From Oikopleura dioica (lineage: Eukaryota; Animalia; Chordata): DNA of 64,000 bases. Shown here piece after piece: positions 12,871-26,300 of this stretch. Each line of letters opens with the position of its first letter. Positions within the stretch are counted from its first letter, which is position 1. A model generated the notes under the pieces. The model was not told the origin of the DNA and did no database searches. It was given only the letters and a program-made list of their open reading frames with translations. The DNA lies in NCBI GenBank assembly GCA_907165135.1, contig OU015567.1, positions 15,500,001 through 15,564,000 of the forward strand. The letters are read 5' to 3'. A program made the translations under genes and the position numbers.

Positions 12871-15094
12871 TCAAGTGACGCTAATGTCTTCCTGAGAAGT
12901 GTCCATCTTGCTAGTATTCATTATACTCTCTTGGCTCAGATTCAGCGAGGCGTTGAGGTCCTTCTTCTCGCAGTAATCGTGGTAGATTTCGTCCGTCTCC
13001 ATTTTGCGCGAATCAGGGCGGAAATCGGTGACGTCGGTGTGCCGGATTGTTTCGTTGAACATGAGCAACACTTTTCAAGCCTTTGAAAACTGCCTTTCAA
13101 AAAGCAACTTTGCTTGCCTTTATTATCAAAGCCGTTCCTGCACTCTTTCTAGCCTGAATCATCGACTTGATCGTATACATTTCCTTGCTGATTTCCATCA
13201 TTCTCGTCAGCGCGCGCACTCTGGAAACATCGTTCGACGCGCGATAGAACTTTTCCCATAAGTAATGCTAAAACAAAAATAATAGCTTCAGTGTATCAGC
13301 CGCCCTCTTACTCTTTTACACGCCTTCTTCGAAAGCTGACAATAGTTAATTTTCTCAATTTGCTCAATTTCGTAAAAATCTTTTCCAGAAGTAACAAATG
13401 GACAGCCGCAGACTTCGTTTTCGTCCAGCACTTTTGGATCCTAAACTCAATTAATGAAAAGCCAGTGTTTGGATATTTTACGTTGTAATGCTCTGGGCAC
13501 ATGACTTTGAGCCGCTTGCAAAATGTGCCCGTTCTGGCGTTGAAAAAATCGCAGAAAAGCCGCTTCGATCCGTCGACGATTGTTTCCGCAGCGGAGAAAT
13601 ACGCAGTTGCAGACTCGATTTTCCTGTAGCATTTGTTGATGTGCTGGAAATAAGTGATTTGGAAGCAAAAGCACAATAATTTATTGTCTATAAATAAATC
13701 TACCTTTATGATGATCTTGCTGCCACTCAAATGGCCACAGATCGGGCAAAACATTTGCTCGTCAGTTTCACTCTTCGCCTCGACATTTTCAGCATCTCTG
13801 TTGATCGATTTTGTCCTGGAAAAAGTAATGAGTTCCTCGAGAAATTTGAACTTCTTCTCCAAATCGTTCTTTCGCGCTTCTTCCTCATAATATTTTTTCT
13901 CCAGTTTGGTGAGTTTATAGACAAGCTCGATTTCAGAAACAGAAGGGATCTTGCCGATATCGTCGATTTTCGGGACCAAGAATTTGTCTATTCTTGCTGA
14001 CGCCATTGCCAGTCCACAGGCATCTAAGGATAGATATTCTATAGGAGATATTCTATAAGGAGGTTTGGGTTGAAATCGGGCCGGTTGAACATGGTTTGTT
14101 CTGAAAAAAGTTCGATCTGAATCAGATTCTTGAGAGGAACAAATCACTGATTCTTATCATTTTCTATAAAATAACACATGAAAGAGGATTTCCAAAAAAG
14201 ATATAAAATGATTCAAGTACATTAATAGTTTTTTCAGCTTTATTTAAGTAATTGAAGTTTCTCCAAGCAAATTTCACCAATAAATCCCGTGATTTATTCT
14301 TACCTGAGCAATATTTCGATCTCTTTCTAGCTTGTTGAACGCATCTAGGCCCAAAGCACTGTTGAGGTGGCAATTTTTCCTTGACCTTTTTCTTCTTTTT
14401 CGTCAGCGTGTCGTCCAAGTCGAAGGAATCTTCCATATCTTGCGTCGAGTCAGGTTCAAACTCCTCTTCATCTTCAATAAACGAGTCCTTCGAAACCTTT
14501 GTCGGCTCCTTTTTCTCTTTTTCTTTGACGGAAGACATGAACTGCTCAAAGTTGTCGTCTCCTTCATCGTCGGAAAATATCGAGGATGGATCCATTGGCG
14601 CTTTTTTCAAAGACTAAAATTGTCAATTCAAAATCGGAAGATTGTCGCTATATTACCTTTTGAGGCATCGGTTCGTCTTCATCCGACGAATAGATGCGCG
14701 CTATCCGTTTTTTCTTCACTTTCTTATCGACCCGTTCTTTTTCACGCTTCTTTTCTTTTTGCCTCTAAGAAGAGATTGTCGGATGGACCGGGTTTTCGTC
14801 CCATTACCTTTCTGCTTTGTTCTTTGTCGCGTTTTTTGCTGAATCTGGTGACGCATTCAGGATGAGCTTCGGAACAATCTTGGCAAAAGAACTCCTTGAT
14901 ATACTTGGCATCCGACTCGTCTAAATCGATGCATTCTCCATGGAACCACTCCTCGCACTTTAAATCACCATGATCTACTCTTACAGTAGCTCTAGCTGTA
15001 CCTTATCGCATGCAATCATAAACGAGTCATTCGCTGGCCTCCGACAGAGACAGTAAAGCACCTCTTCCTCCTCATTTTCTTTTCTTTTACCCAT
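12871..15094 (-). CDS. CXXC1: CXXC1/CFP1-like COMPASS subunit (PHD finger + CpG-binding-protein C-terminal region)
   Basis: N-terminal PHD LYCLCRRPANDSFMIAC..CEEWFHGECI; PQQCFGPRCVQQARKRSKYCS; RLFCDFFNARTGTFCKRLKVMCPEH; C-terminal LLMFNETIRH. Confidence 0.88.
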
Positions 15095-15346
15095 TTCAAC
15101 AGCCTTGGTCTGAAATCAACAAGGAGAACAACTTTGTCGAATGAACGAATTATTATCTTTATTGCAATAAGCCGCGTCAGCAGGATTTGGGCCCAATACT
15201 GACTATAACAGTAATGGTAGTAAGATAGTAAAAGAAATAAGAAACTAACAGAAATAAGACTCCTTTCAGTTGGTTGAAGTTAACGGATTTTTTGTTGGAC
15301 ATTTACTGAATTGTGAAGGTTTTCAATTGTAAATTGAATCCATCAT

Positions 15347-17134
15347 TTAGTCACCAAGGCGGTTTCCAGCGCCGGTGAACCATCGACCACGTGGTTGGTT
15401 TTCCGTCTGTGCTCGGCGAGGTGGAGCGGTTCCGAAGCCACCGGAAGCGCGTTCTTCGGGGAAGATGTTCAAAAGCCACTAGAATGAAAACTTTAGTCCC
15501 AATCGACTATTGTTTCGAAGTAACTCATGCCAACTTTATCATGCCGATTTTATGACTCCGCCATAAAATAACCAAATAGAGGACTTTTGAAAAAAGAGCG
15601 AAAAACTGAAAAATGCCTACTTTGAGAAACCGAGTTGTTTATGTCAAAAATCTCTCTGAACTGAAAGACCAGATCGCAGATAATTCAATCTGCTGCGTTC
15701 ACTTTGCTACGGAATGGTGCCCGCCCTCGAAGGATATGGAAGCTGTGATCAATACTATGGCCAGGTAAAAATCATGTTCCTGGACTTGAATTGATTTTTT
15801 AGGGATTTCGAAGACGAGGTAGTCTTTGTTCACTGCGATCTCGATCAGGTTGATGAGATTCTTTACGAAATGCCTATCAAGGTATGCTAAAATTCATTTT
15901 CCTCAAGTTTGATACTGTAATTTTAGGCGCTCCCAACTGTGATAATCTTCCGGGACTCAAAGGGAATCGGAAAAATCGAAGGCATGAAAGAACTTGTCAT
16001 CAGAGATGTCTTGAAGAAAGCCCTTGTATAGAAAAAATCCTGATCTTTTCTACTGTTTCTATCTTTTTAATAAATAATCATCAAATTCTTGGAGACAATA
16101 GTAATAAATGCATTTACAGTTAAAGTTACTTTACCTGTGGAGTTTCGAGAAGATTCGGTCCGCCAAACTCGGTTGGATACCTGTACTTCAAAAAGTAGTA
16201 CACGTGTCCAATAAAAATGCCCAAGAGCTCGTTAAATCCATCATTCGCGACGATCAATCCGAACACCATCAAAATCCAGGGCAAATAAATGGCTTTGAAT
16301 TTGAGGCCAAAGAAGAATGATACAATCACATCTGAAAGCATCAATAAGTACAGGCATTCTGTTCAAAGTAGCATACTGGGCTCGGCAACCTATGTAGAAA
16401 ACCTGAGTCAGGGTTTCAGAGAAAAGCCGCGTACCCTGAGTCTGGTTTCCTGAGTCAGGCTGCCCAGTCAATATTACAGTAAACTTACCTTTGTAAAGGT
16501 TGCACCAGACGTAAATACAGGCGATTATTGGAGGGATGAAAAGGACGGGCATTTTCATGATCATTCCGATTCCAACTAAAATTATTATTGATTTTCCGGC
16601 GCTTCAAAACTAAGTTTACTTGTAGTAAGAAAAATGACGAGCATCATGTAAGCCATGTCCGCTGGCTTTCCAGCAAAATGATCCTTTTCCAATCTGGTGG
16701 AGTAATTGTAGAGGAAGTACAGCTTCGTCAGGTAAGGAAAACCCAGACCATAGACAAAGAGAGCAGTGAAGGGTCTCCAAATGTGGAAGCTGCCCCAGAA
16801 GAGATCAGTATTGAGAATTACAGTCTCCCCGGAGACGACGCCCAGACGCAGTGCGAGGGGGCCCACGATTGCCGCTGTGAACCAGTATCTGAACGAAAAT
16901 GATAACATTTATTCACACGGAGATGGGAAATGACGAAACGAATGATACGAAAAAGAATGAAGAGAATATCATATTCGAGAAAAATCAAAATTGTAAAATG
17001 AAAAAACTGCTAATTTTATAGTCACCTTTCTCATAAAAATTGCTAACAACAGAAATACCGTAATTCATAAAAACCGAGATTTACCTGGAAATTGGGGGAA
17101 TTGAATTGTACCATCCCGCCAAATCGTTATTCAT
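15347..17134 (-). CDS. DERL1: Derlin-1 (ERAD rhomboid pseudoprotease), multi-exon
   Basis: MNNDLAGWYNSIPPISRYWFTAA; HIWRPFTALF; LYFLYNYSTRLE; VIVSFFFGLKFKAIYLPWIL; GIFIGHVYYFLKYRYP; C-terminal SHP-like RWFTGAGNRLGD*. Confidence 0.9.
15613..16031 (+). CDS. Small monocysteinic thioredoxin-like protein (WCPPS) nested antisense in a Derlin-1 intron; 3 exons
   Basis: Spliced with two GT-AG introns: MPTLRNRVVYVKNLSELKDQIADNSICCVHFATEWCPPSKDMEAVINTMARDFEDEVVFVHCDLDQVDEILYEMPIKALPTVIIFRDSKGIGKIEGMKELVIRDVLKKALV*; cis-Pro region LPTVIIF present. Confidence 0.8.
16376..16467. mobile_element. MITE, CTGGG family (short copy 3, Derlin-1 intron)
   Basis: ctgggctcggcaacctatgtagaaaacctgagtcagggt ... cctgagtcaggctgcccag; no clear TSD. 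Confidence 0.65.
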
Positions 17135-18102
17135 CTTTCTTTTCTTCTTTCTTCAGATTCACCGATTTTCTCCCAAAGCACTGCTTTCTTCGAAAAATGG
17201 AATTTTCAGATCAAAAAATCGGAGAAAAGAAAAACTAGAGCGACGTGGGCAGAAGCCTACCTAACGCGACGTGTCCTTGCCTCCGGCCAATCACGGCGCC
17301 TTTCTCTGTTTGACTCAGCACGCAGAAGTTAGCGAATTTTCCGCAACTTTCCCGGCGAAAGAAGAAAAATCGAAGAATAGAGAAATTGCTCAGAAAAGAG
17401 CAGAAAATGCATTTTCCAGTTTTAGAGGTAAGTCTGATTTTCTCAATTTTTGTTGGTTTATTTTGTAGCATCTTAGTTTTTTCTGACAATCGCGGAGAAT
17501 ATTTTTGAGTCGTTTTTCGTGACGAAAATATGCCAAGCATATCTTTTGACTCGAAAAATAGTTGATTTTAGACAAAAATTGATTGATTTTCGATTCAAAA
17601 TTAGTCGAAAATCAGTTGAGTTTTTCGACTCGAAAATTAAATCAGCGATTGTCGGAAAATAAACGCACTAGAATTCAAATATAACTTTATATGCAAAAAT
17701 ATGTCAGTAAGTACAGTAAAAACCATCAAATAAAATCTTTCTTTTAGAACTCTTACTCAAAATCGGATCGTAATTTCTAAAGCTCTAGAAATTGAACCCT
17801 TCGGCGTAAAAAAATCCACTCTCGGCTAGACACACTCGCTCAAGAAAAAAACTCGAACTCGCAAAAAAACTCAAAAAAAAATCTCGGAAACTCAAAAATC
17901 GGAACTCAAAAAACTCGGAAAATTAAGAAAAAACTCTCGAATCTATATTATTTCAATACAATATACAATTATTCTCAAATATACACAAAATATGCACTTT
18001 TGTCTTTTATAATTTAGTAAAACATTTCTAACAATCTTTTTAGATTTCAAACACCCTTAAAAAGTTACTTTTAACCGTATTTCTAGAGAAAACGTTATAG
18101 AA

Positions 18103-19453
18103 ATGGTTGTCGATGGCCAAGAAGCCCCAGTTGTCGAAGGAGCCCAAGTTGAGCAGCAAATGAACGAAGCAGCCCAAAACGAGCAAAGACCAGCTCAACA
18201 AAAGACTGGAAAAATGATCGACGATGGAAATGTTGGCAACAGCGCCAAAATGTTTGTTGGAGGTAAGTTTTATTTTTGGAAACGACGAGGAGTCATTTCA
18301 AATCCAAATTTAGGCCTTTCGAAAAACACCACCACTGAAAGCTTAAAAGCCTACTTCTCCAACTTCGGCGAAGTCCAGGACGTCGTCGTCAAAGTAGATC
18401 CAAACACGCAACAGTCACGTGGCTTCGGCTTCGTTCTTTTCATCAACGAAGAGTCGGTCGAAGCTGTCGTCGCCCAACAACACCACGAACTTGACGGCAA
18501 AAAGGTTCATCCCTCCCTTCTTTTTCTTCCAAAAGGCAACCTTTTCAGATCGATCCTAAAAAAGCTCAACGACGCGATGGAAAGATGTTCGTTGGCGGCG
18601 TTCTTCCAGCGACTACCGACGACGAAATCAAAGGTATAGAAACGAAAAGAAGATGAAAGATAGACGCTCTCTTTTTAGCCTATTTCGAGCAATTCGGAGA
18701 AGTCGAAGAAATCATCCGTCCAGTAAACAAAGAGTCCAACGAGAACAAACCCTTCTGCTTCGTTCTTTTCAAGCGCGATGGTGTTCTCTCCAAGTGTACA
18801 AAACGTAAGACCGAGCAAAGAGAGCGCTAGAAAACAAAGAATTCAGAACGATTCCACGAGATTAACGGCAAGCGATGCGAATGCAAAGCTTCGTTTCCCA
18901 AGGATGGCCAACAAGGAGGCGGCATGCGAGGTGGTCGAGGAAACTACCACGGAGGTAAGAGTCTTACAATGACTGAAATACTTTGTCGTGTCTGCGATCT
19001 TTGAAATTTATCTCAATCGAAATAATCAGAAAATATATATCAATTGTCTTATTTGAGATTCTTCTTTGGTGTTTTTACTTTTCATGATTTGACAATCCGT
19101 ATTAGGTAATCAATTTGGCGGTGGACACTTTGCTGGCGGTTTCGGCGGTGGATATGGAGGACAATATGGTGGTGGATTCGGCGGACAAAGCTACGGAGCA
19201 CCGCAAGGCGGATATGGAGGATACCCACCACAGCAGGGATACGGCGGATACCAAGGTACTTCCTCGTTTACGATTTCTTTTGACCAATTTTTAAGGAGGT
19301 CCAGGTGGGCCATCTCCTTACGGCGGCGGGTACGGCGGAAACCAGCAGCAATACGGTGGCGGACGCGGTGGCAGTGGAGGTCGAGGCGGCGCTCCCGGTG
19401 GACGAGGAGGCCGAGGTCGTGGGGGCCCCCGACAAGGCTTCTCTCCTTACTAG
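18103..19453 (+). CDS. hnRNP A/B/D-like protein (2 RRMs + Gly/Tyr-rich tail)
   Basis: KMFVGGL, RGFGFVLF, KPFCFVLF RNP motifs; GGYG/QQ-rich C-terminus ending GFSPY*. Confidence 0.88.
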
Positions 19454-19931
19454 AAATTACATGTTTACTGCCAGGCTTGCGAGTTCACTCATTTAAACAA
19501 CTCGCGAGCTCGAAGTTATCCTTTTTTCCGTTTATTTTCCTATTTCCCTGTGACGCCAATTTTGCCCCTTCTTTCCTGTTTGGAGATTTTCACCTATTGC
19601 TCTCTCGAATACGCTTCGTTCACCAAGAAAGCTGCAAAATACATTATCGAAATGTAATTCATCTATGTTTGTGTGGATTACAGAATATAGAAATATGGAA
19701 GACTCGGAGTTGCTTTTCAGGGCTTGTTTCTTGCAGGAAATCCTTCTTTCGCATTTTGACTGTTACGTAACAAAATTCTAGCGCTAGTAGCCTATCCCAG
19801 TAGCTCTTGGCAGAAAGTGCGAAACTACGCGCATATGTATTATATTAGAAATAATTCTAGAGCAGTTTTCATACAATTTTATTATCGTATGACTTCATAA
19901 ATTGATCTTATTGAGTTTTTATCGTTGTAGA

Positions 19932-21764
19932 ATGCGTCGCGCGGCCTTTCTGGGACAACGAGTAGCTCCAGTGAGCCAGACTCGCCACAAGCATGACTCC
20001 TTGTTGCCTGCTGGCGCTGGCGGACGATCATCCTTCTCCGGTCAGGCTGCTACTGTCTTCGGCGCTACTGGACAAGTCGGCCACACTCTCGTCAACAACC
20101 TCGGACGAATGGGATCGTCAATTGTTCTTCCCCACCGGTACACCCCTTTTCAACAAGCTCTTCTTTTCCCAACCGCTCTTTAGGAACTCTACCGAAGCTT
20201 GGAGATCGAACGACTTGCGATTGATGGGCGATCTCGGCACTCTTCAGTTTTACCAGCACTTCGATGTCGCTCACCGAAGCGATCGAGAAGTCATGGAGAC
20301 TATTGAACATTCCAACGTCGTCTACAACGTCATCGGCACTCGAAGAGGTAGCAAAGTGCCTCCATTAGCTTTTTTAACAAAACCTTCAAGAGCTGAAGAA
20401 CTACACTCGCCGCGAGACAAACGTCGACTGGCCCGAGCGACTTGCCAAGCTCGTTGCCGCCAAGGGCGACGGAACCAGACTGGTTCATCTTGTCCCACTC
20501 AACACTGGCAACGAAGAATACTGCAAGTACTCCAAGATCTTGGAAGAGCACACCGAAGCTTGCGAGAAGATTCGAGACGCCTACCCCGATGCTATCATCG
20601 TCAAGGTAATCTTGTTAAAGAATCATCGGTTTGAACTGGATTTGGCAATCTGTCAGGGAACCTGACTCAGGGTCTTGAAAGAGCTTTGATAGACGCGGTT
20701 ATATTAAATTTATTTCGGGACCCTGACTCAGGTTCCTCCGCAGGTTATTGAGCTCAACTGTTGAATATCCTGGAATTAACCGCTCATTCACATTTATATG
20801 TAGTCTGCTGATGTTGTCGGCTGGAACGACTACTACTGCAACTGGTGGTCGATGAACAACGAGTATTACCAGCGATCGCTCTCGTATATCGGTGCCTTCC
20901 CACTTATGTACGGTGGTGGTGCCCAAACCTACGTTTCGTAAGCCATCGTTTCCCCTTTCTCCACTTTTATCGCAACTTTAGCCCTATTGTTCGACGAGAT
21001 CTGGGTCGCGCCCTCGCCAAGATCGGTGCTCACCCCGACTCCGATGGACACGACTTCGAACTCTTCGGAAACAAGGTCTTCAAGCTCGTCGAGCTGGTCG
21101 AATTTATGTACGACGTCAAGTGGCAAACGATGCGACACTTGAACACTAAGCGAACGGCCAGCGCCCGATGCGCCAGATTGGATGTTGATATGGACTACTT
21201 CCCTTACGATCGTAAGATAATACGAGTTAAATAAATTGCTACCTGTTTTCAGCCCTCGGCGAGCTTGTCGCTGACCCAGTCGACCTTACAACGATGCAGA
21301 AACTCAAGCGAAAGCTCCTCCGACTCCACCTCGCCAAGCTCAACTGGCCACGATTCAACGTCGCTGGCATCCGAGCTCTTGACTACGTCCACCGAAACAA
21401 GTCGATGTACGCCGACTGGACCAGCGAGGTTTGCATATTTTTTACAATCCAGCGGTTTATAAGACTTTTAGGACCACTTTAACATGATGAACATGTCTCA
21501 CAAGCCTACCTTCGAGAACCCCGGCTTTGCCGATATCGGAGTTAAACTGAACGATCCTCTTATTGCTATTCACGAGTGTATGGCCAACTTTTCGGTAAGC
21601 CCCGCTACCAATAACGAAAAATAGTCCATTTCTAGCCCGGAGCTTACCCATCTGGTTTTGGATTAACCGACAACTTCAAACGACTTGATCAATTCGACCT
21701 TCCACCAACCTACGAATGGGACGTCGTGCACACTCAGGAAGCGAAGAGACTGGCATACGCATAG
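19932..21764 (+). CDS. NDUFA9: NADH dehydrogenase 1 alpha subcomplex subunit 9 (SDR fold)
   Basis: [33 protein letters not shown]; DLRLMGDLG; [10 protein letters not shown]. Confidence 0.92.
20636..20757. mobile_element. MITE, CTGGG family (degenerate copy 4, NDUFA9 intron)
   Basis: ctggatttggcaatctgtcagggaacctgactcagggtcttgaaagagct ... accctgactcaggttcctccgcaggttattgagctcaa. Confidence 0.6.
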
Positions 21765-21999
21765 GAAAATACAAAGTCGCGATAATTTAAAATAATTACG
21801 TTTCAAATTGTATTTTACATGTCTAAGTTCAAATCCCTTTCTGTTCAAAGCTATTTATTATTGGGATGAAATAAACTACCCTTCATGAAAAGAGAACTTT
21901 TCGTCGTGTTTATTCATTAAAGAAAGTGATATTAAAGCGAACGAAATCGCAGGCAGTGGTCATTTCATACATCACAAGTTGTCGTCTTCCATCTCTGTC

Positions 22000-22815
22000 T
22001 GTGCGGCTTGTTATTTCTTTTCTATTCAACTCTTCCCCTGTGACTCCGTTGATTTCTTGAGCCACCACGAAGAATCGATTGTATTCGCCGCCGATTTTGA
22101 ACCAGAGATAGTTCCAGCCATTTCCTCCATCTCCAACGAGCCTCGAAGCTCCTTTGAATTCTAGCTCCCATCCCTCGTTTGTGACTTTGATCTTTTGCTC
22201 GTACGAAAACTAAAACAATCAGGGACCGAAGTTCGCATTTAGTTACCTTTAAATTTATTGCATGAGCACCTAGCGAGAGTAACTTCAGGATATTGATGAG
22301 GTCCATTCCCTTCATTTCATCCCTGACGCCGCCGTAGATTGTAGATTTGTCACTCACTTCTCCGATTTTGACGAAATGGCCGACCCCTCCTTTCGGCCCT
22401 AATTTCCACAAAGCATGATCCCTTCTTTTCTCTTTTATACGTTCCTAACTGAAGGTTACCACCTAGACAGGAATTTTCAGAAATCACCTGGGCTAAATTG
22501 GGAGTAAGTCCGGACGCCCCCGATTTTCTTCGTTCCGCTTCTTTCTTCGCCTTTTCAAAGTCGAATATCTGATTGTTGCATGCATCTCTTTTCTATGCTA
22601 AAATTGGTAATAGGATTTTTGAATAATTTTACCTGGAGAAAGTCGAACGCTTCTTTGAGTTTTATGAACTTCTCTTTCGCCCTTGGATCGTTTGGGTTCT
22701 TATCAGGATGCTTCTCTTTAGCTAGTTTTCTGTACGCACTCGTTATGTCTTTCAGCGTTGCTGAAGGTTGCACGCCGAGTATTGCGTAATAATCAATGAC
22801 CGACTTGTAACTCAT
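22000..22815 (-). CDS. DnaJ/Hsp40 J-domain protein (3' extent uncertain)
   Basis: DYYAILGVQPSATLKDITSAYRKLAKEKHPDKNPNDPRAKEKFIKLKEAFDFL with HPD motif. Confidence 0.75.
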
Positions 22816-23369
22816 CTTGTTTTTTGCGGTACTGGCAGGCGGGCTACAAGATTACTGATCAGATATTTTTTTCCACACAAATGACTCAGAGGCAGAGTCT
22901 CGAAAATAGCGGAAATTTCGTTGACTTATTTTTCGTGCTATTTTGCCGAAGTCTGGGAGACAACAAACTATTTTTCAAACACTGTATTTGAGGGGATATT
23001 TTACCAAAAGAAAACAAATCATTATATAATTAATAATTTCTCTAGAGTCTAGACTTTTTGTAGAATTATTTGTGGGTGCTGAAAAGCGTCGCCTTGCGCC
23101 GCCCGGTCCGGTACAAACCGAGTCTCGTCTGACCGAATCATGACCAAAGAGAGTGCTCGGAACCAGGGTTCTAAACGGACATGTCCGTGTACGGATTTTA
23201 TCCGTGTCTGTCCGGTCTTATCCGTACGGACTGTTTTAAAATTTAACGGGATTTTCGGGATCTCAGTTGTTTTCTATCTCTCCATTGACTCTCCATTGAA
23301 AAGAATCCTTATAATCTCAATTTATTCACAGATTAATAAATTTGGCTTGTCGCAGTTTAAACATTTGTT

Positions 23370-26300
23370 TCACATTGTTTCACATTTTAAAGGTAAACAT
23401 TTATTTCGTCTAAAAGAGGAATTTCCGGATGAATTCGAACCAAGAGAAGATGAATCTGACTCTTCTTGCGCTGGAGTAAGAGTAATCGAATATGCCTGCG
23501 GAAGAATATGCCATGTTTCCGTTTTCATGAAAAACTGTTCGTTTGTTAAAGCAAGAAACTCGTTGTTGTCTCCAATATAAACAAAATCATTGTAGTAATT
23601 ATAACAATCTTCCATTATTGCTGCAGAAGCGTAGTACGGTCGGTCAAGAGGGATTCTTATTTGAGAATCAGAATGGTCGATGAGAGTATTTTGGAGAATG
23701 AACTCGGAGTTTTCTACTCGGTCTAGCACCATTTGATGGAAAATTATGGATCCGTCGGGACTCAGATATGCACCGGTAACAAGCAGCACCAGAGTTTGAA
23801 AAACGGTAATAAATCTCGTTTTTTATTAAAAGCACATAAGAAAAATTAATGAAAAAACGCTTATTCATTTTCAAACTCTAGTCAGTGGACGGCGGAAAAC
23901 AAAGTTTTGGTGGAGGAGTACTAAATAATGGTCAGATTAAATTTTGATTTTTGTAACCTCTTTCAAAGTTAAAATCGCCTTTTGTGCTTCCATAAAAATC
24001 CATATCTTTTATAATATTCCATCCACTGTCATTCAAATAAGTTTTGAATTTCATTCTTCTGAGAAGCAATTCTATTTCATTTTCTTGAAATTCTTGTTCT
24101 TCTTTTTTCGGATTTAGATTGAAACCAGCCAAACTGCGCGGATAAATTATCATCGTAAGAAATGTGAAAATTTTTTCGAGAGTAAAATAATCTTCCATTT
24201 TTGAATCACATATTTTTAAATCATTTTTGATTGCCCATCGAATAAGCACTGAAATCGTAATGGGGACAGAGAGATTGCTTTCTTTTTGGTTTAAAACATT
24301 CTTCGTCAAGTTTTCGAAATCAAAATTCATTTGTTTTGTCATTTGACGTTTGAGATTGGCCATTGCTGAAGATTTCGACAAATTTGGATCGTCAAAGCAA
24401 AAATCAGAAGCTGCGTTTTTGAGAGAAATGATTTTTGACGTGCTTTCGATGTCTTCGATTGTGGGAGAATTTCTTGAAAGCCACCCAGCATAAGAGGCCT
24501 GAAAAATATATTTCCTACATATTAATTACATAAAAACTGACCATAAGTTCGCTTTTAATCATCTCTCTCTCAGTTTCGTCGATAGGCTTGAATAGAAGAT
24601 TCCATGCGGTCTTCCAATTGCAAAGAATCAGAATATGAAGTGGTGATTCTTCTCCTCTGGCGTTGTCACAAAGTTGCCAACTATTTGAAAAAGCAGCTGA
24701 GCCAGCATCTACAAAATACGAGATAATAATGAAAACTTAAATTTGTACTAGTACTTAAATATAGTTTTTTACGGATTTTTTGGACATTTTTTCAATTTTA
24801 AAGGGTTTTGGTGCGACATTTCTGAAAAATTCTTTATCAAATCTTTGGACATTTTTCGAGCAAAAATTTTTAGCTTCCAGGTTTCTTATAAGAAATGGCT
24901 TTTTTATTATCAAAAATCTTAATTTTTCTTTAAGAAAGACAAAATTGAAGATTTATCCCGTGCACTAAGACATATTTTTTTGTCTTTGGAGGAGTAAGGA
25001 GAAGAAGATAATCGAGCTCTTCCTGAAAAATATTTAGAATCGCACATAGAGTCGGACAATTATTTTGGGAGCGTGTATCAAATTTTTGGATATCTTTGAG
25101 AAAATCGTGCGACAAAAAAGTCCAAAGATACCATAATTAACTGTATAATGTAATGATGATATACTAGCATCATAGATAGTGAAAAAAAACTCTGAGTACT
25201 CTGCACTGACACTACTTTTAATGATGTTAATCTTTTCGAATTCAAAATCACACCATTGAATACAGTAAGACTTACAAAGATAACGCGATTTTTGATACTT
25301 GCTTCCTGATCTTGCATATCCAAGTCGGCGATAACTCTGACGCTTTGTTTGTTCTGATATCAATCCAAAATCAATGATCTTAGCCTCTCCATTTTTCAAC
25401 AAAACATTTTCTGGCTTCTTATCGAAGTGCTCGATTCCAATTTTATTAAGATAGTGAAGTCCTTCGGTTACCCCAATAAGAATCCTCTTGCGTTCTTCTA
25501 AACTAAGATCTTCATTTTTCAACCTGGAACGAAGATCTGAGTCGCATTTCTCCATCAATGTTATCCAACCAAGGCATTCTTCATGCTTCTTGTCATAGGA
25601 GGAAAAAATTTCGATATTACAAAAATTTTTTATGACATTTTGATGAAATGGGATGACCGGCTTTTCGTCTTCTTCGTCATCAGTAGCAATGTCGTAATCT
25701 TGAAAAAAGTCAATTCCAAATCGAATTTTCGATTACCTTTTGATAAATGGATAACGAATAAGAGTTTATCGTTCGTATCTGCGAACAGAGCCGAGTCAAA
25801 AGCTTGAACTCGAACAGCAACTTCAAATTCTCCAAATTTTTCGTTGAATATAATCGCTTCACCTCCAGACGAAATTATTTTTTGCTCAAAAGATTGATCC
25901 AAAATCCAGTTTCCAGTTTCTTCTTTCAATTCTGATCGGGAAATTTTGCGTCCTTCAAACCATGGATATGCGTCGAGGATCGTTTTTTGAAATGAAGTCA
26001 TCGACCATTCTTCTGTTTCAGAAAATCTTCCACGATACACTTTTCCTTTTCCATTTTCAAAAATAACGTGTTCCCATCCAGCAGACCGATAGTTCTCAAA
26101 CTGCATTCTCTCAACTGACAAAATCAATCTGTCGATATCATCTCTGCTTGTCGTTCTTCTTAATTTCAATTTAAAATCTTTGAGCCATCCTCCGATTCCT
26201 TCTTTTGTCAATTCTCTTGGATGCGTCGAGAGTTGCTCCGAGGTTTGCCCCTTTCTATTTGCGGGCGGGTGTCCATATTTTATACTCGGGTCTTTCTGGA

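Noticed and set aside
17820-17945. aaaaactc-type simple repeats between the divergent DERL1 and hnRNP genes
   Set aside because: Low-complexity promoter-region sequence with no defined structure.
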